From positions 64,001 to 128,000 of the IMG/VR virus record IMGVR_UViG_3300045988_179014: a DNA stretch of 64,000 nt. One strand, 5' to 3'. Made by a program: the position numbers and the translations under genes. This DNA comes from a virus. Shown here piece by piece: positions 44,191-53,890 of the stretch. The notes below the pieces were generated by a model that ran no database searches, was not told the origin of the DNA, and saw only the letters and a program-made list of their open reading frames with translations. How positions within the stretch are numbered: the first letter of the stretch is position 1; each line of letters starts with the position of its first letter.

Positions 44191-45102
44191 TCAATTATTG
44201 AGAATGTAATCCTGGAATGCTGGGCTATCATTGAGGTTCACTTTATCAGGATTGACGCTAGTATTGTTCAAGTATGCAATAGGTGGATAATACCCAGTTT
44301 TGAGGTGTGTATCATCCCCAACGGCCAAAATCCAACTGGCAAATGTTCCATTGCTGATAGATTTCTCATCCACATCCTGTACGTTTACACTCTGTGCTGT
44401 TTCAACCACTGCTTTAATAACTTCATCGGATTTTGTAGTGTTCAAAGTAGCAGATTTCTTCAACAATGCCAACATCAAATCCCAAGTGGTGTTTGGGGAT
44501 GTAACAACTGATTCTGCCAAAGTTTCAGCAGCATACATTGACATGGCATTACCAGTTGGCACAGGATGTACTCGTAGTTCAATCACCCCATTCTCCACCA
44601 TGCGCTTGAAAGATGTTTGATTCAACAAAACAAAGTCTCGTGATTTGGGTGAATCAAAATCAATGTAAATGTCCAAAATCTTCTTGTTATCAGTTTGTTT
44701 GTCATTGGTGAAAATGAAAACAGCAGAATCTTTGCCATCATTCCCGCGAACAAGAGATTTTTGCTCTGTGTTGGTTGATTCAATGATTTGCCCATGGAAT
44801 GTTTCCAACTTATTATTGGCAACAACCATGTTTCCTTTCCGGTCAGCAACTTGGGACAATTCGTCTGAGTTTTTCATTTGCTGAATCCAAGGAATAGTGA
44901 ATTTAGCCACTCCAATACCCAACAATGGCATGACAACAATCAAAACCGCTAAAACAATGATTACAGTTTTGGGAGTAAAAAACGGTTTGGAAACAGGCGA
45001 GTTTGAATCAGTCGTAATTTCTGTGACGTCAGGTGTATCAATCGTTGACTGGGCGGAATCAACTTTTTCATCAGTTGGTTCAATCAAATCATTCTGATTC
45101 AA
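44191..45102 (-). CDS. membrane-anchored hypothetical protein
   Basis: 303 aa; hydrophobic helix VIIVLAVLIVVMPLLGIGVA near the N-terminus. Confidence 0.5.
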   Translation of the reverse strand: MNQNDLIEPTDEKVDSAQSTIDTPDVTEITTDSNSPVSKPFFTPKTVIIVLAVLIVVMPLLGIGVAKFTIPWIQQMKNSDELSQVADRKGNMVVANNKLETFHGQIIESTNTEQKSLVRGNDGKDSAVFIFTNDKQTDNKKILDIYIDFDSPKSRDFVLLNQTSFKRMVENGVIELRVHPVPTGNAMSMYAAETLAESVVTSPNTTWDLMLALLKKSATLNTTKSDEVIKAVVETAQSVNVQDVDEKSISNGTFASWILAVGDDTHLKTGYYPPIAYLNNTSVNPDKVNLNDSPAFQDYILNN

Positions 45103-46339
45103 GGGTTTCCTCCTGTCCCAGTTTCACAAAATTACGGGCTTGTTCAACCACTTGCTCCTTGGTCGTCGTTTCTACGCCCTGCAATGACGGAGCGGTATTC
45201 ACCCATTCATCGTAGCCTTTCACCACATCACTGTTGTCAAACCCTTGAAGATGTTCAGGTAATTCCCTGTTTTGCTGTTTTGAGGATAAAGGTTGCAATG
45301 TGGCATGTTTCACACTCCAAGACATTGCATGTTTCGTATTTTTGTCAATAGTTCCCCAATCCAGAGCTTGATACTTTGCTGGAGAAATATTGATGATGGT
45401 TTGACGCAGAATTGGGGCTATACGAGCATCAAATGAGGTACCATTCACTTGTGTTTCTTGCAAATTGTTAAGAATTCGCTCAGTAATGTCTGATGCATTC
45501 AAATTTTTGGCATCAATAGTAGCAAAATCATATTGTGGACGTTGTGCTATAGTACGAACATCAGCTGTGAAAACCCCTGATTCATCTATCATCCACAATG
45601 TCCATCCACGACCTAGTTTTGCTTTCTTGTCACTGAAACCGCGTCGAATGGTAGAACCATTATAATAGATTTTGCTTTTTGCTGTATCTGTCATCCCATC
45701 AGTTGAACCCACCCAGCCTCTTTCGTGAATATGACCAAACAGGGAATAGCTCCAATTGTGGTCATCCAAAAGTGTGGGGGGTATCACAATTTCTCGGGGA
45801 GATTGCTCTGCATGCAGGGTTTCATGAAGATACTTGTCAAATATGCTACCATGTGTGGACAAAATGTTGATTTCCCCATCAACCGGTTTCACCAGCTTCA
45901 TGGTATCGGCTTGTTCCCCATACATGTGATGAGAGACCATGTGTAAATGAATGCCATCAGCGATTTCATGGGTTACATAAGGTTCAGCATGTGAAAACAC
46001 CTTACGCCACGGGTCATGCAGCACTCTGGATGCGGCAATATCAGCTCGGATGTCATTGGTGTCATGATTCCCCGCTAACAAATAAGCTGGAATCCCTGCA
46101 CTCCATAAACGCCTCAACTGGTTTTGAACGAATATGATGGTTCGGATATCTGGGGAAGGTTGATGAAAAGTGTCTCCAGCCCAAACAGTGGCATCAACAC
46201 CTTCTTCAATGATTTCAGTGATGATACGCGACAAAGCAAGGTATCCATCAGCTTCACGCAAATTGATTCCTTGTGTATTCACTAAACTGGTAGCTTTGTA
46301 TCCAGCATGGGGGTCACTGATATGCGCCAATTTGAACAT
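45089..46339 (-). CDS. sbcD: SbcD/Mre11-family nuclease (calcineurin-like phosphoesterase)
   Basis: HISDPHAG (motif I), GDTFH (II), AGNHD (III), HGH-type HIHERG later. Confidence 0.75.
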   Translation of the reverse strand: MFKLAHISDPHAGYKATSLVNTQGINLREADGYLALSRIITEIIEEGVDATVWAGDTFHQPSPDIRTIIFVQNQLRRLWSAGIPAYLLAGNHDTNDIRADIAASRVLHDPWRKVFSHAEPYVTHEIADGIHLHMVSHHMYGEQADTMKLVKPVDGEINILSTHGSIFDKYLHETLHAEQSPREIVIPPTLLDDHNWSYSLFGHIHERGWVGSTDGMTDTAKSKIYYNGSTIRRGFSDKKAKLGRGWTLWMIDESGVFTADVRTIAQRPQYDFATIDAKNLNASDITERILNNLQETQVNGTSFDARIAPILRQTIINISPAKYQALDWGTIDKNTKHAMSWSVKHATLQPLSSKQQNRELPEHLQGFDNSDVVKGYDEWVNTAPSLQGVETTTKEQVVEQARNFVKLGQEETLESE

Positions 46340-46416
46340 GCTGTCTCCATGAATTCGCCAATTAATACCAAGTCATTCTATCAACTAAGATTAATCGGTG
46401 AATTCAGTAATAGACA

Positions 46417-46980
46417 TCAACAAATACGGTGACGACGAGCATATTCACTCATGATAACAGCTGCACTTTGAGCCACATTCAATGACCGTACCACCCCATA
46501 CTGTGGAATATAAATCATGGCATCACACTGTTCAACAACTTCTTTACTGAGCCCTTTCTGTTCCTCCCCATAAATGAAAGCAGACTTTTCAGGAATGTCC
46601 ACATCATAAACAGGTTGCGGGGAGAATCCTTCACTATTGTCAACGGCAAAAAATGTGTAGCCTTTAGGAATGAGCAAATTGAAGACATCATCCAACTCGT
46701 CAGCATGTAGCACATTTTCATAATGATGCATGCCAACAGTGCCGCGACGGTCGAAACGCCGTTTGCCCACCATGAACACACTATTACCAAGAAATGCATT
46801 GGAAGCACGCACAACGGACGCTTTGTTGAAGTCGTGTGTCAGGTTCATACAAATACTGACCATTGCAGAACGGCCAGTCTCCACAGCGTTTCGAATCTGT
46901 GGAGTAGTCATGTTGAAAAATTCGTCTTGGACATTCTTAGGTCCGACATGATGGCTGTTAAAATCATAATTGCTAATCAT
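46417..46980 (-). CDS. SpoU/TrmH-family (SPOUT) RNA 2'-O-methyltransferase
   Basis: C-terminal GEEQKGLSKEV...IYIPQYGVVRSLNVAQSAAVIMSE matches the SpoU motifs; start moved to the internal Met (MISNYDF). Confidence 0.6.
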   Translation of the reverse strand: MISNYDFNSHHVGPKNVQDEFFNMTTPQIRNAVETGRSAMVSICMNLTHDFNKASVVRASNAFLGNSVFMVGKRRFDRRGTVGMHHYENVLHADELDDVFNLLIPKGYTFFAVDNSEGFSPQPVYDVDIPEKSAFIYGEEQKGLSKEVVEQCDAMIYIPQYGVVRSLNVAQSAAVIMSEYARRHRIC

Positions 46981-47071
46981 AATGCAACAATATGACACAA
47001 TATGGTTGAAAAAGCAAATCCTGACTATCGTGATGGAGCGATATTTTGACAAGCCCAACCAAGGAATATTG

Positions 47072-47521
47072 ATGAACGAAAAACCCATATTAGACAACGA
47101 CTATGCTGATGATTTGGTCACTGTACGCGAAATGTTGATTAGCGAAGTGGAACAAATCCATAAAGCACTATCCAATGAGGTAACTCCAACACTTGGTGGT
47201 GTGAGTGTTGTGGGAATAATGATGGCTGGAGTACTTCTAGGTAGTGGATTGCTCATTCTAGAGATTTTGGCTGTATTGTTGTTTGTTGCAATAATTGTGA
47301 TGTTTATTGTTGGTCGTTACTATCTTTTTGCTAGGTCATGTTCCAGTGTTTTGAATCATTTGCAACAAGGCGACCCATTGTTGTCTCCTTCCAATGTTAG
47401 GCTTCCGTTTCGTCGTACACCCATTCCCACACCTGAGAACGTTTACAATGCCGCTTGGAACGGTCTGGATGGAGAATGGCAGGAATTACGTCCATTATTA
47501 GAATCTGAACTGAACCATTGA
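47072..47521 (+). CDS. small membrane protein (2 TM)
   Basis: AAGGAA RBS before ATG(MNEKPIL); hydrophobic GVSVVGIMMAGVLLGSGLLILEILAVLLFVAIIVMFIVG. Confidence 0.4.
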   Translation: MNEKPILDNDYADDLVTVREMLISEVEQIHKALSNEVTPTLGGVSVVGIMMAGVLLGSGLLILEILAVLLFVAIIVMFIVGRYYLFARSCSSVLNHLQQGDPLLSPSNVRLPFRRTPIPTPENVYNAAWNGLDGEWQELRPLLESELNH

Positions 47522-47591
47522 TGTATGTAAAAACATATGGAAAAGCCCCTTGTGTCATATTCATCACAAGGGGCTTTCATTGTTGATGGAA

Positions 47592-48707
47592 TCAGAGACG
47601 TCCGATTTTGAAGCCTGATTTTAGGAACCAGTTGAGGTCAGTGATAACTACACCACGTCTTGGATTAGCAGCATGAACCACTTTGCCATTGCCAACATAA
47701 ATTCCGATGTGCACACTGGTCCATAAAATGTCCCCAGGTTGAATCTCGTCTTTACTGACAGGAGTGGATGCCAAACCTTGAGCATGGGCGATACGTGGAA
47801 TGTTTTTACCATTGTGTGTATGATAAGCCCAATACACCAGTCCAGAACAGTCAAATGCATTAGGGCCAGAAGCACCCCAAACATATGGTTTCCCAACTTG
47901 GTCAATAATCATTTGAATAGTGGCATTGTCCACATTTGATGCTTTCAATGAACGCTTCTCATCATCTGTATTACGACCCCACTTATCACCTGAAGATGAA
48001 TTAGTGTTTGATGAATGAGCAGCAGTACGACCAGGGGTGTTGGCCACTTCATTAACAGTAGGCTCATTTGATGTCACAGCAGGTTCGGTTGTTGTGGTCT
48101 CTTTTGGACGCTCTTTGGTGCCAACCAGTACAACCTTGGGTATTGGCGCAGTTAAAACAGTCAACTTTTCTTCACTGGCGGTTTCAGTTCCCGCTTTAGC
48201 ACGACTTTGCGTTGAAATCACTGTTTTAAGGGCTTCACCTGCTGCTCCCTCATTTTCTACTTTGGTTTCACCCACATACAAATCATCACTGTTTTGGGTA
48301 ATTTCTGGTGCAGGTAATGTCACAGTAGATGATGTTCCAGCTATCTCATGTTTGTAGAGCACTAGATTTTCGTTGTTTTCAAGTGTTCGAGATGCAACGA
48401 GAGGATGGTCGCCTTCAATACGGTACTCATAGCTTTTGAGTCCTCGTGCTGACAATAATTCATCAATGGTGGCTTTGGCGTCAGTTACATCAATCACTTG
48501 TGTGTTTTCGTCAGAATTGACAACAATACGTGCTTTGAATGAGGAATCAGTACTCCCGGTCCCTTCAGCATTCAAAACAGCAGTATTGTCAATTGGGGAT
48601 GGAGGTACAGCCATAGCCACGGTAGGACTCAACGAAATCATGGCTGTAATAAGTCCTGTTGTTAGTTTTGTTGTTGTTCTTTTTTTCATCATAAGCTTTC
48701 GATTCAC
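47592..48707 (-). CDS. secreted NlpC/P60-family peptidoglycan endopeptidase
   Basis: N-terminal signal peptide; C-terminal YVWGASGPNAFDCSGLVYWAY...HIGIYVGNGKVVHAA (Cys-His catalytic pattern of NlpC/P60/CHAP). Confidence 0.7.
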   Translation of the reverse strand: MNRKLMMKKRTTTKLTTGLITAMISLSPTVAMAVPPSPIDNTAVLNAEGTGSTDSSFKARIVVNSDENTQVIDVTDAKATIDELLSARGLKSYEYRIEGDHPLVASRTLENNENLVLYKHEIAGTSSTVTLPAPEITQNSDDLYVGETKVENEGAAGEALKTVISTQSRAKAGTETASEEKLTVLTAPIPKVVLVGTKERPKETTTTEPAVTSNEPTVNEVANTPGRTAAHSSNTNSSSGDKWGRNTDDEKRSLKASNVDNATIQMIIDQVGKPYVWGASGPNAFDCSGLVYWAYHTHNGKNIPRIAHAQGLASTPVSKDEIQPGDILWTSVHIGIYVGNGKVVHAANPRRGVVITDLNWFLKSGFKIGRL

Positions 48708-48929
48708 CAGTACATACCGGTTTTGTGTTATTTGATTTTCGGATTAACAGAAACTCATTAAAAGAGATAGGATAAATGCAAAAACCTACAATAATGAGCA
48801 CGAACGTTTGATAATATCAATACCCCAGCGGTTTGGTAATTATAATATTTCAGCAATATTGAGCATTTTGTTTAATGGGCAAAAGAATGGCCGCAGACAT
48901 TTAGGAATCTGCGGCCATTCTACAATGTA

Positions 48930-50036
48930 TCAAGATTGGGGTTTTGAAACAATAATAACAATGTTTTCTTCACTCTTGCCAGTTTGTCCCACACCAGGAA
49001 CCACATGTGTTACTTGAGGGGAAGTAACTGTTGAACTTACCACTTCCACAGTCTTGATATGACGGAATCCTGCAACCGCTAAATCGGTTTGTGCTTGTTC
49101 CGCAGTTTTGCCAATCACATCAGGAACAGTAATTTCCTTGGACTCGAATGCTTTGGAAACAACAACCTGCACATCGCTTCCACTTTCCACCTCACCCGCT
49201 TTAGGAGTCTGTCCAATGACAATACCTGAAGGTTTTTCTGACTCTTCCTCGCTGAAAATAACGTTCAACCCAAGCTGTTCTGCTTCAGCAGTGACAAGTT
49301 CCTTGCTCTTACCTTCCCAGTCAGGCAGTGTAACCTTACCGTTGGAAACATTCAAAGTGACGGATGTTCCATTAGCTACTTCAGTACCCGGTTCGATGCT
49401 TGCGCTGACGACATTTCCGGCTGGAAGCCCTTTACCGTCCACTTCATTCACAGCCTCAACAGAAACATTCATCTCATACAATTTTGCTTTTGCTTCTTCC
49501 AACGGTACATTCACTAAATTCGGAAACTCTGATTTGGCAGGACCATTGGAATATTTCATGGTCACTGTTTCTCCAATTTTTGTTTTTGTACTTGGTTCTA
49601 TATTCTGCTCAACCAATGTTCCACGTGGTTTTTCATCATTAACCACCCATGTTACCTGACATTCCAGTTTGGCCTCTTTGAAAGGAGCACAAGCATCATC
49701 GTTGGAAGCAACTTTACTGATTGCTTGTGGGACATGCGTATAATTAGCATTATCATAAGCAAGATAGATGAAATAACCACCAATAAGCAACAGAAAAGCA
49801 ACAATAGTGCTAACAACAATGACCCATTTACGTTTCTTGGATACGGCAGCTTGAGAGTTGGTGGTTGATTCTTCAGAATTATTGTCCTGATTCACTGAAC
49901 AATCTTCTTTAGTTTTATTCGAATCATCATCAGTATCAAAAACTGATGTTTCAGAATCATCAGCTATTGTTTCCGAATTCTTCTCAACAACTGTATCCTT
50001 ATTGTCTTCAGTTGTGTCATTAGTGTTATCATTCAT
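48930..50036 (-). CDS. membrane protein with acidic N-terminus and 3-4 extracellular PASTA-like repeats
   Basis: TM KKRKWVIVVSTIVAFLLLIGGYFIYLAY; repeated ~65-aa units of the type VPDVIGKTAEQAQTDLAVAGF...VV..QTPKAGE. Confidence 0.55.
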   Translation of the reverse strand: MNDNTNDTTEDNKDTVVEKNSETIADDSETSVFDTDDDSNKTKEDCSVNQDNNSEESTTNSQAAVSKKRKWVIVVSTIVAFLLLIGGYFIYLAYDNANYTHVPQAISKVASNDDACAPFKEAKLECQVTWVVNDEKPRGTLVEQNIEPSTKTKIGETVTMKYSNGPAKSEFPNLVNVPLEEAKAKLYEMNVSVEAVNEVDGKGLPAGNVVSASIEPGTEVANGTSVTLNVSNGKVTLPDWEGKSKELVTAEAEQLGLNVIFSEEESEKPSGIVIGQTPKAGEVESGSDVQVVVSKAFESKEITVPDVIGKTAEQAQTDLAVAGFRHIKTVEVVSSTVTSPQVTHVVPGVGQTGKSEENIVIIVSKPQS

Positions 50037-50100
50037 ATTTTACTTGACCTTCCTTGTGTTTTCGTTTGTCATTGTAACAAGTTGACACAATGGCCCTATT

Positions 50101-51666
50101 TCATGTGTTGTCTTTCTTCTTATCCCGTTCACGACGGACATTCCCGGCTTCCTCTTCATCCCAATAACAAACTGCCAGCAAGGGATTTGTAAGAATTTGG
50201 CTATTGTCTTCTGGATTCTCTGCAAACTTTAATCGTGCTGCATATGCTCGACGTTTGACGTATCGTGAAATACGTTGAGAACGTGAAGACACCTGCAAAG
50301 CTTTCTCGTCATAACCTTCCAGCAGAATGTCATCAACACTACGGGCTCGTGAAAGCGCCACATACCCCAAACCAGGAGTGAAACAATTAGAAAGGTCCAC
50401 TTTAATGGCATCGAATGTTTGTCCTTGGGATTTGTGAACCGTGATTGCATACCCCAGTTTCAGTGGGAATTGATTAATCTGTGCTTCCAATTCATCCACT
50501 TCCACTATCTTGTTCTCTGGCGAAGTGGTAATTGTTTTCTTGCGATAAGCCTCATACACTAAACGCGTAATTCCAACAATGTTTCCATTGTTCAACTGCA
50601 CCTGTACTGAATCGTCAGATATGGAAATAATTTTTCCCACACTACCATTCGCGGCTACCATTTGTTCCATGGCCGCATCATAGTAGTTAGCGGTAACAAT
50701 AACAGTGGCATCAATTTTCAATTCCAAGACTTCTGGAATATTGCGTGTTTTAATCATTTTGTCAACGGCGTCAGTATTGCCGAAAATCTTCTGAACATGA
50801 AACACTTTCAATGGGTTTTGGTTTGATGCCAGCTGTTCTTCATTGTATTTGTTCACATTTTTGTTGGTGGTGAACAGAGTAGTATACGTTTTGTTTGTAT
50901 CAGGTGTATTTGTTCGACAGTCTTCCAGAATATGGTAACTCTGCTCATCCATTTCACCACGTTCAATGGTGCGAAGTAAATGCAACAAGCGTTTATCCGC
51001 TGTACGTCGCACCTTGTCCATGTATGCATATTGGATGTTTCCGTTCTTCCAAGCATTTGAACAAATCGCTGGTTGGTAATTCGCAGTATTTGTTCTATTT
51101 CGTGGAGCAACTGGAGGAAGTTGAAGAAAATCCCCCAAAAGAACTACTTGAATACCACCAAAAGGTTCATCATTTTTACGAATTGTTTTACACACTCGGT
51201 CGATGTTGTCCAAGTAATAAGCCGGCAGCATTGAAATTTCATCAATAATTAATACATCCGTATATTTAATACGAGTTCTCGCGGCATAGCTGATACGGTC
51301 CTTTGTGGTGAATTCTTTGTCAAGAATACCCAACCCAGACCATGAATGAACAGTACGTCCATCAATCAATGCAGCTGCCAATCCTGTAGAAGCAGTAACA
51401 GCAACAGAAAAACGACCCTCAAATTTTGCATCCAACAGTTTGATGAATTGTTGGACAATGTGTGTTTTCCCAGAACCAGCTGGACCTGAGATGAACAAAT
51501 TCTCGCGTTGCAGTAATCGAGCCAATACCTCAACTTGACTGGAACACATACAATCATTCATAGCATCAGTTGGGGTTTCGTAGCCAATGAACGGGTCGGC
51601 CTCGAAAGCCTCCAATGTTTCCCGTCGTTTTTTCTGAGCACGTTCAACAGCTGACATCCGTGCCAT
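50101..51666 (-). CDS. SF1B DNA helicase, Dda/Pif1/RecD-like
   Basis: Walker A GPAGSGKTH; IIDEISML (motif II); C-terminal VHKSQGQTFD and GYVALSRA motifs. Confidence 0.75.
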   Translation of the reverse strand: MARMSAVERAQKKRRETLEAFEADPFIGYETPTDAMNDCMCSSQVEVLARLLQRENLFISGPAGSGKTHIVQQFIKLLDAKFEGRFSVAVTASTGLAAALIDGRTVHSWSGLGILDKEFTTKDRISYAARTRIKYTDVLIIDEISMLPAYYLDNIDRVCKTIRKNDEPFGGIQVVLLGDFLQLPPVAPRNRTNTANYQPAICSNAWKNGNIQYAYMDKVRRTADKRLLHLLRTIERGEMDEQSYHILEDCRTNTPDTNKTYTTLFTTNKNVNKYNEEQLASNQNPLKVFHVQKIFGNTDAVDKMIKTRNIPEVLELKIDATVIVTANYYDAAMEQMVAANGSVGKIISISDDSVQVQLNNGNIVGITRLVYEAYRKKTITTSPENKIVEVDELEAQINQFPLKLGYAITVHKSQGQTFDAIKVDLSNCFTPGLGYVALSRARSVDDILLEGYDEKALQVSSRSQRISRYVKRRAYAARLKFAENPEDNSQILTNPLLAVCYWDEEEAGNVRRERDKKKDNT

Positions 51667-51673
51667 ACGATTC

Positions 51674-52630
51674 TCACTTCCTTACCTGTTTGGCAATCTG
51701 CACAAGCAGAAGTTCCATTGTAACAGAATCATCCGCCTGAGACCCACCCTTCAAATCAGTTTCAGCTTGTGCTATTAATTCTGTTAACTTTTGACAAATG
51801 CTTAATCCTAATTGTCGTGACATGTTCTGTGCCAATTTGAGTGCATAACTGTTGGAAACAGATAGGACAGCAGACAATTGTGCTCTATCAGTGATGCCGT
51901 GAAAGTGCTCCAAAGCAGCTATTCGCCACATCAATTGTATCTTATTGCGTAAAACAGATAACACCACCAAAGGATGACTGTGTAAAATGATTCTGCGATA
52001 AACACTTATTGTTTCAGGTACATCGCCTTGCATCAAAGGTTTCTCGATTTCCCAAGGTGGAATGGACCCTGGAGGTTGCGGCAGACGAATCATCAAATCT
52101 GCTACCGTAATCATGGATTGCTGTTTAGGAGTCAATGTTTCCAGTGACCGTAACAAAGAAAGCAAACTGTCATAATCTTCTGCAACATAATCTTCCAAGA
52201 AGCGTTTTTCACTACGTCCAAGAGATAGATTTGACAGCAATTTAGTGGTTACACTTGATTTGTCTTTGGATGATTCTTTGGCCAGTATGACACGGCCACC
52301 CAAATGATTGACGATTTGTTCCAATTTCTTTGTTGAGTTACGATTGGCCCCTGAAACCAGAACCAACCCATACCGTAATTTATGATTCAATTCATTCTTT
52401 GATGATGATTCCAAATCTTTGACCAATTTTTTGATTGTACTGATGTCATCCAATTCCATAACAGCTGTAGGCGGGTTTCCGAAAATGGTTTCTTGTCCCA
52501 CTTCGTCCAATGAATTCACTCGCTGAACATCAGTATCAGATTGCCATTGTTTCAAAATGCTCGCACGCTGAAAATCTCGGAAAGCAGACGATTTGTCCAA
52601 GATTAACGCCAATTTCATTCCGCACCTCAA
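51674..52630 (-). CDS. hypothetical protein
   Basis: 318-aa ORF, co-directional and immediately downstream of the helicase gene. Confidence 0.45.
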   Translation of the reverse strand: MRCGMKLALILDKSSAFRDFQRASILKQWQSDTDVQRVNSLDEVGQETIFGNPPTAVMELDDISTIKKLVKDLESSSKNELNHKLRYGLVLVSGANRNSTKKLEQIVNHLGGRVILAKESSKDKSSVTTKLLSNLSLGRSEKRFLEDYVAEDYDSLLSLLRSLETLTPKQQSMITVADLMIRLPQPPGSIPPWEIEKPLMQGDVPETISVYRRIILHSHPLVVLSVLRNKIQLMWRIAALEHFHGITDRAQLSAVLSVSNSYALKLAQNMSRQLGLSICQKLTELIAQAETDLKGGSQADDSVTMELLLVQIAKQVRK

Positions 52631-53184
52631 AATCGAAAAACGATGGTACCATGGTCAACAACATCATACTTGGGAATAAAAATTTTATCCATGTTTCCGT
52701 CACAGAAAATACGACGCGAATCCAAACTGTGACTTGCATTGTCACCCATGACGAACAATTCCTCCCCAGTCAATGTGTGCTCATATCCTGTTTGTCCTTT
52801 AGCGCATTCGTAATTGTCTTGCTCCAGTTCATATACTGTTTCCCCATTTACCATGAATGCTTTCCCATCAAATGCGAGTGTGTCTCCAGGTATTGCTGTG
52901 ATGCGTTTTATCAAATTGGTGTCACGCTCCACATATGAATCCCACGAATTTGGTTTCTTGAATACAACAATTTGTCCACGGGAAACATAATCCGATTGCT
53001 TCAATACAATACTGTCCCCATGATGCAAAGTTGGTTCCATTGACCGTCCAGAGACGGCAAAAACAGAAATCCTAGCTATCATCAACACAACAAAAAACAA
53101 AACCGCAAGTATGGTTACTGCAACAACAAGACCTATACCAATTTTTATGATTCGTTTACCCAAATCTCTACTTGCCAAGTCCAT
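52627..53184 (-). CDS. lepB: type I signal peptidase (S26 family, LepB-like)
   Basis: N-terminal TM; SGRSMEPTL (Ser nucleophile box), GDNASHSLDSR (box D/E). Confidence 0.75.
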   Translation of the reverse strand: MDLASRDLGKRIIKIGIGLVVAVTILAVLFFVVLMIARISVFAVSGRSMEPTLHHGDSIVLKQSDYVSRGQIVVFKKPNSWDSYVERDTNLIKRITAIPGDTLAFDGKAFMVNGETVYELEQDNYECAKGQTGYEHTLTGEELFVMGDNASHSLDSRRIFCDGNMDKIFIPKYDVVDHGTIVFRF

Positions 53185-53189
53185 TGTTG

Positions 53190-53672
53190 TTACTCCATTT
53201 TCATTTGTTGACGGAGATTGTTTCCCAATGTTTGGAGGGTCTGCAATTCCAATCGTAAAGTGTTGCTCAGTCGTGTCAGTTCCAGTCGTGCTTGTTCATA
53301 AATGAAAGCATCATTCTCCAGATTTTCACAACGTAAATCCGCTTGAGCTTTACGCAATGCTTCGGTTTTACCGCTGGCCGACATGTATTCGCGACGATGT
53401 TGACGTGCATATTTGGCTTTTGCTCGTTTTTCATGACGTTCGAAAGTATTGATATCATCCATCACCCGAAACAACGCCAGACGCGCCTGCTGAATGGACG
53501 AATTGAGTTCTTCCAGCGATTCATAATCAGTTACCTGATTGTCGTAGTCATAGTATCGAGATGTCTTCCAAACACGAAAATTTGGAAGATTCATTTTAAC
53601 AGCTTCATCAACTGTCTTGGCGCCTTGCTCCTCGAAAAGGTCATTGTCATCATTCAAAGCCGAATCGTCCAT
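53190..53672 (-). CDS. hypothetical coiled-coil protein
   Basis: 160 aa, K/R/E-rich heptads. Confidence 0.45.
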   Translation of the reverse strand: MDDSALNDDNDLFEEQGAKTVDEAVKMNLPNFRVWKTSRYYDYDNQVTDYESLEELNSSIQQARLALFRVMDDINTFERHEKRAKAKYARQHRREYMSASGKTEALRKAQADLRCENLENDAFIYEQARLELTRLSNTLRLELQTLQTLGNNLRQQMKME

Positions 53673-53890
53673 TTTATGACCTTAACTCCTACGCTATAAT
53701 CGCTTTCTGTAACGCCCCTGAATAAGCTTGGTAAAACCTAGCTGATTTGGGGCATTTGTTTCAACTTACCATGAGATTTTACCAAATCCGATGTTTGCGA
53801 TACATGCATCAGGAAACACAAAAACCAAGCTCAAAAGGCTTCCTGTAACGTCAAGTATTCTTACACAGTATTTCTGTACACAACACAAGG

